A stretch of 64,000 nucleotides of DNA from Nitrospirota bacterium (lineage in GTDB: Bacteria; Nitrospirota; Thermodesulfovibrionia; Thermodesulfovibrionales; UBA9159). The stretch is from NCBI GenBank assembly GCA_021790195.1, contig JAJYIF010000007.1, positions 24,192 to 88,191 of the forward strand, in the 5' to 3' direction. Shown piece after piece: positions 29,711 through 38,580 of this stretch. The notes under the pieces are model-generated. The model was given only the letters and a program-made list of their open reading frames with translations, was not told the DNA's origin and did not search any database. The position numbers and the translations under genes were made by a program. Each line of letters opens with the position of its first letter. The first letter of the stretch is position 1.

Positions 29711-29721
29711 TCTTCTGATAG
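29711..29721 (+). repeat. intergenic motif copy A (TCTTCTGATAG)
   Basis: It shares TCTTCTGATAG with the copy at 31578..31604 (see the finding on the recurring intergenic motif). Confidence 0.4.
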
Positions 29722-29936
29722 AATGCATCCACCTGTAGTTATAGTACGCAAGCGGGCAAAAAAGGTTTCTCACTTAATGGTCGGGAATAGCTGCTCATCC
29801 CGGGAATCTCATGATACTCGTAAAGCAACTGAGACTTCTCACCTGGAAGGTATTGCAACTGTTGGGACATGCTGGTAGAAATAAGTAGTTGTCTGAGCAG
29901 GGAAGTGATACCATGTAGTAACGTCACGCAAATAGC

Positions 29937-30497
29937 ATGGAGGTGCGTGTTGTCATGAGAAGGATGCGGATCAGCAAAGCATTCACGCTGATGGAACCAG
30001 GACCCGTAGTTCTCGTTACGACAAATGACGGGGAGAAGGACAACATAATGACCATCTCCTGGACCATGGTGATAGACTTTACGCCGCTATTTGCCATGAC
30101 CACCGGGCCCTGGAACTATTCCTATGCTGCGCTTCGGAAATCCAGAGAATGCGTAATTTCGATTCCCACCGTTGACCTGATTGATCAGGTCGTCGGCGTG
30201 GGAACATGTTCAGGAGCCGACACAGATAAGTTCAGAAAGTTCGGGCTGACTCCTGTGAAGGGGCGGCATGTAAGGGCGCCCTTAATCAAGGAATGCCTGG
30301 CGAATATCGAATGTAGAGTGATCGACATCATTAGAAGACACAATATCGTTGTGCTCGAGGGCATTGCTGCGTACTTTGATAGTTCACGGAAAGAAAAGCG
30401 CACCATTCATGCAATTGGCGATGGCACTTTCGTAGTTGATGGACGCAGGCTGAATCGAAGAATAATGATGCGGTCGAAGATTCCAGATGGTGTTTGA
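29937..30497 (+). CDS. flavin reductase-like (FMN-binding split barrel) protein
   Basis: MEPGPVVLVTTNDGEKDNIMTISWTMVIDFTPLFAMTTGPWNYSYAALRKSRECVISIP...DKFRKFGLTP. Confidence 0.75.
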   Translation: MEVRVVMRRMRISKAFTLMEPGPVVLVTTNDGEKDNIMTISWTMVIDFTPLFAMTTGPWNYSYAALRKSRECVISIPTVDLIDQVVGVGTCSGADTDKFRKFGLTPVKGRHVRAPLIKECLANIECRVIDIIRRHNIVVLEGIAAYFDSSRKEKRTIHAIGDGTFVVDGRRLNRRIMMRSKIPDGV

Positions 30498-30762
30498 CTC
30501 GCTGGTGGACATAAGCAACGCTGTTGGCACCTGTGCCGCGTTGATCTGAGAGGGCACGTTCACCTGAGAACCAACACGCAGTTCATCTTACCGAGAACAT
30601 TGATTTCCGATAAAACCGATAATTGCCTTCCCCTGGGAAGGCGGTAAGATCTCATGATCGAATAGCGCTAAATGCATAATTGCAAGCCTGACCCCATTTA
30701 CCACATTATTTGATAATATCCCAGCTATTCTTGCCATTTTCGTCATGCTTCGCCTGCATGGG

Positions 30763-31410
30763 TCACAACTGAGATTTGAATTCGGCGAAGGCTCGCTTCA
30801 GCTCCTCCAGTTCGTTTCGCATTTTTGCCATCTCTTCTTCAAGTTCTTTGATCTTCCCCTGTGATGACATTTGAACCGTTGCCGGTTCTGCGCTATAGCC
30901 ATGCAAAGTTTCTACGCCGCCTGAAAAAAGATGCATATACCTGCAATCTTTTCTTCCGGTTTCCCTTGACATCTTGAAAGTCAGAGGGGGATCATGTTCC
31001 GCCAGCCCCTGGAGCGTATTTTCGACTTTCTCAAGACTCTCGAAGGTGGCCATCCTTTCTGTGTGTGAACGCACCTCTCCAACTGTCTGAGGACCCCGAA
31101 GCATGAGTTCGCATAGAATGGCCATTTCCTGCCTTGACAGATCAAACCGGTCCAGAAAGGCATGGATGTATTTCGACACGCGGCTTCCTGGCATAATCGT
31201 TTTCCGTACAAGGCCCTTCCCCTGTAAACTGCCAAGCCCTCGCTCCACGTTGGTTTCATCGTAAGAAACAATAGGATTTCTGTTCGATTTCTGGTTACAA
31301 GCATTAGTCAGTGAATTTAGAGACAACGGGTAATATTCAGGAGTTGTCATTTCTTTTTCAATAAGACATGCGAGGATGCGGACCTCGCTTTCATCAAGAA
31401 CGATATCCAT
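30763..31410 (-). CDS. YceH/UPF0502 (DUF480) family protein
   Basis: MDIVLDESEVRILACLIEKEMTTPEYYPLSLNSLTNACNQKSNRNPIVSYDE. GGAGG lies 9 nt upstream of ATG 31410, and the track start is at 31425. A C-terminal coiled coil is present. Confidence 0.8.
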   Translation of the reverse strand: MDIVLDESEVRILACLIEKEMTTPEYYPLSLNSLTNACNQKSNRNPIVSYDETNVERGLGSLQGKGLVRKTIMPGSRVSKYIHAFLDRFDLSRQEMAILCELMLRGPQTVGEVRSHTERMATFESLEKVENTLQGLAEHDPPLTFKMSRETGRKDCRYMHLFSGGVETLHGYSAEPATVQMSSQGKIKELEEEMAKMRNELEELKRAFAEFKSQL

Positions 31411-31577
31411 TTTAGGGACCTCCATAGTTGACTCAAAAATCGGTTATGTTCTTATCAATTTTATAATATTTTCAGAATGAATTTATTGAAGGCAACTACT
31501 TTCAGACATGGGAAGCTTATGTTTTGCCCGATAAAAGTTTCTTTAGGAATATAACACAGGCTAATCGGGGAGAAGAA

Positions 31578-31604
31578 ATCTTCTGATAGCCGATGCTGAG
31601 ACAG
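31578..31604 (+). repeat. intergenic motif copy C (ATCTTCTGATAGCCGATGCTGAGACAG)
   Basis: It aligns with the copy at 59573..59599 (ATCTTCTGACGCCGATCACTGACACTG). Confidence 0.5.
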
Positions 31605-31690
31605 CAGTCCTCAGTCTGCTAAAGTGCGAGAGAAAATCCTTGGTAACTGGCATAATTGGAGAGTTTGCCACAAAAAAGCCGGAATGTATT

Positions 31691-32443
31691 CTATTTAAGC
31701 CCGACGCGGAACCGGTAGTTCTGGTAACTGAAGATTACTCCGTTAGGGGTAATCTCATCGAGCTTCAGTCCCGCAGCGAGGTCCTGACCTTCACGCATCA
31801 TCTGCCCGTTGATCTTGACCATCCTTGAAGCCGGATCATTCGAATAGATATGGGCAGAGATGGCAAAGGCAGGCAAGCCCTGCTGTATCGGAGTGGGCAG
31901 CTCCATGACATTGTATATCTTGTTTTCCGGCGAGGGAATCTTGGCCTCGACCGGCTTCGTTTCGGAGGCTGCCGGCTGGGCCGGAGAGACCTGCGCAGGA
32001 GGAGGAACGGGGGCGTCTTTTTGGCTTACAGGCTCCGCAGGAACTTTCATTGACGTTCCTTCGCTCGGCGCTTCCCTTGAGACCGGAGCTGGGCCCTTGA
32101 TATCAGCCCTGACCGCTTTTACCGCTTTTACCGCAGCGTGCTCGCCCTCATGATTCACTTTTTTCCCACTAACTGATATCTTTGGCGAAACGTCCCCGAT
32201 AGTGTTCGCACGTTCATGGATTGCCTGCTGCACCGCTGCGGGCGGATTCTTCGTGCGCGAGGGCGCAAGCAGCCACGCGAACAGACCGGCGTTCAGCAAT
32301 AAAACCGCAACCGCCACGTAAGGCCAAACCATGCGGCCCCTCGCTTCCGGGACCGCTGTGTCCTGAACGGTCAAGACTCCCGGAACCACGCCTTTCTGGC
32401 GCTGCCTTTCGGACTTCTTCAGGGCGTCAAGTATATACGACAT
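31691..32443 (-). CDS. gspB: general secretion pathway protein B-like (GspB/ExeB)
   Basis: The N-terminus MSYILDALKKSERQRQ is typical of GspB. It has one TM helix and a Pro/Ala-rich linker, and it lies directly downstream of the ExeA-like gene. Confidence 0.7.
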   Translation of the reverse strand: MSYILDALKKSERQRQKGVVPGVLTVQDTAVPEARGRMVWPYVAVAVLLLNAGLFAWLLAPSRTKNPPAAVQQAIHERANTIGDVSPKISVSGKKVNHEGEHAAVKAVKAVRADIKGPAPVSREAPSEGTSMKVPAEPVSQKDAPVPPPAQVSPAQPAASETKPVEAKIPSPENKIYNVMELPTPIQQGLPAFAISAHIYSNDPASRMVKINGQMMREGQDLAAGLKLDEITPNGVIFSYQNYRFRVGLK

Positions 32444-32446
32444 CTT

Positions 32447-34036
32447 TTATCCGTCCTTCCGACTGAGGGCCGGCGCCCGCCTGCTCAGAGCCGCATTCAG
32501 ATGGATAAAGGTTTGAGGTCCTACGATCCCATCCACCTTCAAACCTTCCGAGGATTGGAACACTTCAACCTGTCTGCTCAGAACACTGTCAAAGACCTCA
32601 TTTTTCCTGCGCTGCCCTGCATCGCCCTGAATAAGCGCAAGCTGGTTCTCCAGCCATTGAACGTCCGGACCCTTGTCGCCGGGTTTGATCTCGCGGTATT
32701 GCGGTGCAGCCCGCCTTAACAATGTGTAAGTGCCGGGCCAGTTTCGCAATAAGTCATTCAGATCCACCCTCCTGATCTCCGGACCCACGACAACAGTAGC
32801 CGCACGATCTTTGACGGCAATCAGAGTCGCATAAAATTTCCGTCCGCCGCCGGAAAGTCTTAGGACCGCCGGCTTGTTCATCTGGAGCAGGCTGCTGAGA
32901 TTCCCCCTTGCGTCCGTACATTCAAGACCCCAGGCCTTTGCCTGTTTGCACATACTGTCTTTATTTCGGGAATCGCAGGGTATGCCCCACTCTTTGAATA
33001 AAGCCTGATAAGCCATTTCTCTGCTGGGTTGAATCGGCTGTGAAGAAGGCCAGTCCAATTTATCGAACCCCGCAGATCCGGCAGGCAGGGTCGTCTTCGC
33101 AGGCTGCATGCTTCTCCCGGGCAAAAGCTGCAGCTTACGATTATAGAATGTTGCAGCAAGAGCGGTGACCGAGATGATCAGGATACAACCCGTCAAGACC
33201 CATTTCAGCGTCCTCTTATGAGCAGGCCGTTCGCCAAACACCTCCCCGGCAGCTTTGGAGAGAGTAGCCTTGCCGACCTTTTTCTGCCCCTGGACATAAG
33301 CGCCGAGCAAGGCACGATCGCATATGACATTGACGGTCCTCGGGATCCCGCGACTCAGTCGCCACAACTCGCTCAAGGCAGAAGCGGTAAAGGGCGAACC
33401 CTGCAGTCCGGCGACAGACAGACGGTGGTTTACGTAACCTGTGACATCGTATCTCGACAGAGGTCCCATGTGGTACCGGGCGGTTATGCGCTGAGCAAGC
33501 TGACGCAATTCAGGGCGCGCCAGCATCTCCCGCAGCTCCGGCTGCCCTATCATAATTATCTGGAGAAGCTTGCGCTGGTTCGTCTCGAGATTGGTGAGCA
33601 GACGCAGCTGCTCGAGCACATCGGCGCTGAGATTCTGCGCCTCCTCAATTATCACAACCGTCTTCCGGCCCCTTGCGTGAGCGTCAAGCAGATAAGTGTT
33701 GATGCGATCGACAAAGGCCTTGACGCTGGTATTTCCCTCAGGATAATCTATGCCCAGCTCGTCGCAGACCGTTCCCAGCAGTTCAGTCACGCTCAGCGCC
33801 GGATTGAGAACAAACGCGACGTCGGCGTCGCAGGGCAGCTGCTCGAGCAGGCAGCGACAGACCGTCGTCTTCCCGGTCCCTACTTCCCCTGTGAGAAGCA
33901 CGAAGCCGCCGTCACTGTTTACGCCGTATACGAGATGGGCAAGGGCCTCCCTGTGCTGCTCGCTCATGAAAAGATAACGGGGATCGGGGGCTATGGAAAA
34001 GGGTGTTTCGTCTAAGCCAAAGTGTTCTTTATACAT
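32447..34036 (-). CDS. gspA: ExeA/GspA-like AAA ATPase with C-terminal peptidoglycan-binding domain
   Basis: YKEHFGLDETPFSIAPDPRYLFMSEQHREALAHLVYGV...LLTGEVGTGKTTVCRCLL. The C-terminal segment GLKVDGIVGPQTFIHLN looks like PG_binding_1. Confidence 0.85.
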   Translation of the reverse strand: MYKEHFGLDETPFSIAPDPRYLFMSEQHREALAHLVYGVNSDGGFVLLTGEVGTGKTTVCRCLLEQLPCDADVAFVLNPALSVTELLGTVCDELGIDYPEGNTSVKAFVDRINTYLLDAHARGRKTVVIIEEAQNLSADVLEQLRLLTNLETNQRKLLQIIMIGQPELREMLARPELRQLAQRITARYHMGPLSRYDVTGYVNHRLSVAGLQGSPFTASALSELWRLSRGIPRTVNVICDRALLGAYVQGQKKVGKATLSKAAGEVFGERPAHKRTLKWVLTGCILIISVTALAATFYNRKLQLLPGRSMQPAKTTLPAGSAGFDKLDWPSSQPIQPSREMAYQALFKEWGIPCDSRNKDSMCKQAKAWGLECTDARGNLSSLLQMNKPAVLRLSGGGRKFYATLIAVKDRAATVVVGPEIRRVDLNDLLRNWPGTYTLLRRAAPQYREIKPGDKGPDVQWLENQLALIQGDAGQRRKNEVFDSVLSRQVEVFQSSEGLKVDGIVGPQTFIHLNAALSRRAPALSRKDG

Positions 34037-34111
34037 GGGCCTGATACCGCTTTAAGGTCTCCAACAATAGTAATACAGGAGGCAGGATAAAAACAATAAC
34101 GGAGAAGACGA

Positions 34112-34306
34112 TTATTCTTCCTCCACCGTAATCGCCTCGACCGGACAATTCTCCTCGGCTGCCTCGCAGCACCCGGCATATTCGCACGCCTCGGGGTCCA
34201 TGACCTCGGCCTTGCCTATCTCCTCGTCAAGGTGAAACACCGCAGGACATATCTCCTGGCAGGTCCCGCAGCCGATGCACTTGTCCACATCCACGATGAC
34301 TCTCAT
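34112..34306 (-). CDS. small [4Fe-4S]-type ferredoxin
   Basis: 64 aa, with CIGCGTCQEICP ... CCEAAEENCP. Confidence 0.8.
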   Translation of the reverse strand: MRVIVDVDKCIGCGTCQEICPAVFHLDEEIGKAEVMDPEACEYAGCCEAAEENCPVEAITVEEE

Positions 34307-35247
34307 TACATCTCCTCAATTATCGCCGCGGCGAGCAGAGGAAACATTATCTCGTGATGTCCGGTAAGGGCGTATGACCTGCCCTTCTTCAGGGTAGGTC
34401 TGCAAAGGACATTCTCCCTGGGGCGGTAATGCTGAATAAAATCCATGTTGACAGTGGTAATGTCCTCGACCTTATTGCCGAGGTTTCTCGCTACGGTCAA
34501 GGCCTTCAGGAAGACCTCCGGCATGATGACGGCGGAGCCGAGGTTGATGTAGACGCCGCCTTCAAGGTCAGCGATGACCGAAGCGAACAGCTTGAAGTCG
34601 CGCAGACTTCCCTTCCCGATCCTCGAACCGTCCGCATCGGGGTGCATATGAATTATATCCGATCCCAGGGCAACGTGGACGGTGGCGGGGATGCCGAGCC
34701 TGAAGCTCTCGGAGAAGATACTCTTGTCCTTCATGGCGTTCTTACTCTCGTAAATGTATCTGCCCACCGAATTTCCTATTCCGTATCCTTTTCCGACGCC
34801 TCTGTTTATCGCCCTGTTCAACTCCCTCCCCGTTTCCCTCGCCATACCGAACCTGCCGCTGCAAAGTTCACTCGCGACATCCTCCGAAGTTCTTCCGAGA
34901 AGAGAAAGCTCAAAATCATGGATGATGCATGCGCCGTTAGTTGCTACGGCAGTGATTATCCCCTTTCTCATCAGGTCGATGATAACCGGCGAGAGTCCGA
35001 CTTTTATGGGATGTGCCCCCATCCCCAGGACAACGGGCCTGCCGCGTCTGCGCGCACCGGCAACTGCATGTACAACCGACTTCAGGTCTGCCGCGGCAAG
35101 CACGGACGGAAGGTCCTCCGTGAACTCACGGAAAGAGGCCCCTCTTGCATGAGGGACGGCGGCCATTCCCATCTCCACCTTGCTTTTTCTCAAGGAAAGG
35201 GGGTATGTCTTCACTTTCTTAAGGGATACGGGTTTATACTTTTTCAT
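34306..35247 (-). CDS. deoxyhypusine synthase-like family protein (putative)
   Basis: Several blocks parallel deoxyhypusine synthase. [41 protein letters not shown] matches [58 protein letters not shown] matches HIPVFSPALTDGSLGDM. The C-terminal FPLLAAAI matches FPLLVAETF. Confidence 0.55.
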   Translation of the reverse strand: [313 protein letters not shown]

Positions 35248-35292
35248 GCCTTATTCCAGTGTTTACGCGAGATCGTTGTTGAACATGCGTCA

Positions 35293-36765
35293 ATGAATAA
35301 ATTATATTTGATAATGAAAAAATTTGCACAGCCGCCTTCCCCCAAAAAAATGTCCGGCACGTTCCCGCCTGACTACATCGAAAACAACAATGCTTCAGAT
35401 ACAAACAAGCGTCTTTTATATATATTACTCATATCTCTTAGTGTGAGGATACTCGTCCCGCTTATTGTAGTTCTCACCTCCGGCGATTACAGGCTTTTCT
35501 ATAGCCCGGACACCTTCACTTATCTAAGACCGGCGGAAGAGCTTCTGCTTAACGGCCGCTTCTATAGCAATGGCGTCCCGGAGATCTTCAGGACCCCCGG
35601 ATATCCCGTGTTCCTGATTCCCGGAATCCTTGTCGGCCATGTGGAAATAGTAACTATTGTTATGCAAATAGCTCTAAGCTGCATGACCGCCTATTTTGTC
35701 TTCAAAATATCACTGCTTCTCTTCAAGAATACCAGGGTTGCATTAATCAGCGCTTTCTTATGCGCAATTGAACCGGTCTCGGCGCTTTACGCTTCCAAGT
35801 TGCTGTCGGAAACGTTATTTGCGTTTCTGAGCACACTGTCTGTCTACTGCCTCATACAGTATTTCAGGACAAATTCGATAGGGACACTGTTGTTCTCTTC
35901 GGCACTCATCTCTTTTTCCACATACGTTCGGCCGGCAGGTTATTTCTTTCCGTTCGTCGTTCTGGCAGTCTTGCTCTTCAGGTCTTTCAGGAAGAAGAAG
36001 ATTATTCTCCTGACACACGCCTTCGGTTTTCTTCTATGCTCGTTATTGATCATAGGTCTTTGGCATATACGAAATATAAAGGAAGCGGGTTTCTCGGGTT
36101 TTTCGTCGGTTGCCGACTACAATCTTTATTGTTACCAGGCTGCGTCCGTGCTTGCTATTAACGACAACGTACCTTACTATCAAGAGCATCACGATCTGGG
36201 TTGCGGAGATATGAAGGTGTATTTCCTAAACCACCCGGAACAGAGCAATTGGGACCGAGGTCGCATATATCGCTTCATGGGGAAAGAAGGAATGAGAATT
36301 ATCCTGAGAGAGCCACTGACCTATCTCCTCATTCATATCGAAGGGATGATCAGAACCTTGATCGACCCCGGCATCACCGAATACCTCATCATGTTTAAAC
36401 AATATTCATGGTCCGGGGGGCTGCTCGGTCAGATACTTGACCGCGGCTTGTTCGCCACGCTAACGGATTTTGCCGGGACCATGCCTGTATTCTTCTTCAT
36501 GATATTGATCGCGCTCGGGCTATATTTAGTGATATCGCTTGTCTCTACGGTTATCGCGCTCTCTCATGAAGACTTTCCTTTCTCTGCATCGACGGCAGTC
36601 ATTCTGTGTCTGCTGGCATATGATCTCCTCGTTTCGGGAGGTCCGGTAGGTTATCACCGTTTTCGTCTCCCTATGATGCCGATGATTTCGGTCTTTTCCG
36701 CTTACGGACTTTATTTGACCTCGCAGAAATGGAGGCGGCGGAAGACCGACGGCCCTTCACGATAA
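35293..36765 (+). CDS. GT-C fold glycosyltransferase (ArnT/PMT, family 39-like) membrane protein
   Basis: The track ORF 34429..36765 is antisense to the DHS-like gene until about 35290. The real product likely starts at ATG 35293 or 35314 (MKKFAQPPS...). It has about 11 TM helices and the segment YSPDTFTYLRPAEELLLNGRFY...RTPGYPVFL. Confidence 0.65.
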   Translation: MNKLYLIMKKFAQPPSPKKMSGTFPPDYIENNNASDTNKRLLYILLISLSVRILVPLIVVLTSGDYRLFYSPDTFTYLRPAEELLLNGRFYSNGVPEIFRTPGYPVFLIPGILVGHVEIVTIVMQIALSCMTAYFVFKISLLLFKNTRVALISAFLCAIEPVSALYASKLLSETLFAFLSTLSVYCLIQYFRTNSIGTLLFSSALISFSTYVRPAGYFFPFVVLAVLLFRSFRKKKIILLTHAFGFLLCSLLIIGLWHIRNIKEAGFSGFSSVADYNLYCYQAASVLAINDNVPYYQEHHDLGCGDMKVYFLNHPEQSNWDRGRIYRFMGKEGMRIILREPLTYLLIHIEGMIRTLIDPGITEYLIMFKQYSWSGGLLGQILDRGLFATLTDFAGTMPVFFFMILIALGLYLVISLVSTVIALSHEDFPFSASTAVILCLLAYDLLVSGGPVGYHRFRLPMMPMISVFSAYGLYLTSQKWRRRKTDGPSR

Positions 36766-36783
36766 CTTTTTGCATAAATGACG

Positions 36784-36813
36784 TTGATTTTTTGGATGCT
36801 GCTCTGCTAAAAT
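36784..36813 (+). promoter_or_regulatory. candidate sigma70-type promoter for rpsT
   Basis: TTGATT (36784..36789), an 18-nt spacer, then TAAAAT (36808..36813). Confidence 0.4.
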
Positions 36814-36855
36814 TTGTTTTCAGTCCATATACAAACATTAATTCAGGAGGTCACA

Positions 36856-37152
36856 TTGCCAGGTAAAGCAGCACCGAAAAAGAACCTTTCCGCCATTAAG
36901 AAGGCCCGCCAGTCGGAGAAGCGCAGACTGCATAACAGGATGATAAAGACCGCCATCAGGTCAGCCGCCAAGAAGGTAGAGACTGTAGTGGCGGAGAAGA
37001 ATAAGGAAGAAGCCCGTAAAGCGCTGATCGAGGCGACCGAGGTCATCACCAAAGCCGCTTCAAAAGGGGTTATTCATAAGAATACCGCGTCGAGGAAGAT
37101 CTCCCGGCTCGCAAAGCTTGCCGGCACTATACTCAGATCTGAAGCAGCCTGA
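36856..37152 (+). CDS. rpsT: 30S ribosomal protein S20
   Basis: TTG start 5 nt after AGGAGG. The sequence reads (M)PGKAAPKKNLSAIKKARQSEKRRLHNRMIKTAIRSAAKKVE...KGVIHKNTASRKISRL. Confidence 0.88.
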   Translation: MPGKAAPKKNLSAIKKARQSEKRRLHNRMIKTAIRSAAKKVETVVAEKNKEEARKALIEATEVITKAASKGVIHKNTASRKISRLAKLAGTILRSEAA

Positions 37153-38017
37153 TCAGCAGATATTCAAGAGGGAATGTCCCGCCTGATGTCTTGATGCGGA
37201 TGTCCGCTTCATTGAGCAGTTCGAAAACCTTAGTGTAATACCCGGTTCTGCCGCGCTCCTTCTCCGACATCCGGCTATAATGCCAGTTGATGGCGCCGAG
37301 AAGCCCATATGACTCCTGGGTTTCCCTGAGGGCCTTTGAAATAACGAAGACCTTCTCTCTGTCCTTGTCTCTTATGGCGTTGACGAGATCGAATACGCTA
37401 TAATCACTGCTGCCGGCCACGATGTCCGATATGTCCTGGGCGTCGATTTGGGACTTCCCCAGGAGGGCCAGCTTCTCGATCTCGGACGCCAAAAGCCCCG
37501 CTTCCGGACCGATGACATCGAGCAGACACCCGATTGCGTCGTTCGTCAGAGACAGCCCCTTGCTGCGGGCCTTTTCCCCGATCCATGAGGGAATCTCATC
37601 GCGTCTAATGTCTAGCGATACGGCTTTGAGCTTCTTCAGAACGTCCCTGAAAAGCGCCTTTGGGCTGCCGAGATGGAAAAGTACAAGGACAGCTTGAGAA
37701 GAAGGTTTTGAAACGTAACCATCAAGGGGCCCTGAATTCTTCTTGGAGAGCTCCTGGACGTTCTCGATAGCGACGACCCGCCTGCCTCCCATGAAAGGGA
37801 CCGTGTTCAGTATGTCCACAATTTGCTCGAAGTGAGGGATTTCGTCGATGCTGTCGAGATCAAAAACGTCATAAGAAAAAGCGCGCTCAGACTCGGGAAT
37901 CGTCCCCGCGATCATGTGCGCGGCTTCCTTAAGCAGGTACCGGTCTTCCGCATACAGAAAATAGACCGGCGACTTCAGTCCTTTCTCGATTTCACTGGTG
38001 AGATGTCTGATGCTCAC
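37133..38017 (-). CDS. holA: DNA polymerase III subunit delta
   Basis: PVYFLYAEDRYLLKEAAHMI...FDL...VVAIENVQEL, together with the conserved leuS-lptE-holA synteny. Confidence 0.8.
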   Translation of the reverse strand: MSIRHLTSEIEKGLKSPVYFLYAEDRYLLKEAAHMIAGTIPESERAFSYDVFDLDSIDEIPHFEQIVDILNTVPFMGGRRVVAIENVQELSKKNSGPLDGYVSKPSSQAVLVLFHLGSPKALFRDVLKKLKAVSLDIRRDEIPSWIGEKARSKGLSLTNDAIGCLLDVIGPEAGLLASEIEKLALLGKSQIDAQDISDIVAGSSDYSVFDLVNAIRDKDREKVFVISKALRETQESYGLLGAINWHYSRMSEKERGRTGYYTKVFELLNEADIRIKTSGGTFPLEYLLIRLLQI

Positions 38018-38580
38018 TTGCTTTCAGAGGGCTGTTTTACGGTAACCCCCGAGTACATTATGGAAGCGACTATCTCGGAGGAGAGGTCCTTCAGCGCCCT
38101 CTCTGTTGCCAGTTCCTTCTGGGCCATCACATCCTGGAGGGCATCGGAACTGGGAAACGACACGATGAATACGCCGTGATTTCGCAGTTCTCTCGACTTG
38201 CCCGAAGGATCTACCAGCTTGAACTCGCCTTTTATGATAACCTCATATTCGACCGCGATTCCCTGTTTCTCGGAAAGAGTGCTCAACGCAAAGGTCGTGA
38301 TTACCCCGTCTATCTTATGGTCCGCGTTCCCTTCAATGGAAAAACCGTCAGTCATTAATTCATTCACCAACGCCCTTTGCATCCTGTCTTCCAGCTTGGG
38401 CTCAAAGGTCTTGTTGATGATCTTTCCGATACTTATCGCCCGAAAAGGCAGATCGGCCTTGCCGTAAATCGCGTATCCACAGCCTGCCGTGCAAAGCGCA
38501 AAGAGCAAGGCGCAAAGAGCGACAATGCAACGCACAATCTTCTTTGTGCCGTATCCTATATTTCCTATGCCGTCTGTCAT
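38014..38580 (-). CDS. lptE: LPS-assembly lipoprotein LptE-like
   Basis: The lipobox is LCTAGC. It is of small lipoprotein size and lies between leuS and holA, as in E. coli. Confidence 0.7.
   Translation of the reverse strand: MTDGIGNIGYGTKKIVRCIVALCALLFALCTAGCGYAIYGKADLPFRAISIGKIINKTFEPKLEDRMQRALVNELMTDGFSIEGNADHKIDGVITTFALSTLSEKQGIAVEYEVIIKGEFKLVDPSGKSRELRNHGVFIVSFPSSDALQDVMAQKELATERALKDLSSEIVASIMYSGVTVKQPSESK

Noticed and set aside
32112-32134. Tandem 9-bp repeat ACCGCTTTT x2.5
   Set aside because: It lies inside gspB and simply encodes the AVKAVKAV stretch of its low-complexity linker. It is not an independent repeat element.
34429-35292. N-terminal ~288 codons of the 778-aa plus-strand ORF
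   Set aside because: This part is antisense to the DHS-like gene (34306..35247) and looks non-proteinaceous. The real glycosyltransferase begins at ATG 35293/35314, where hydrophobic helices start.
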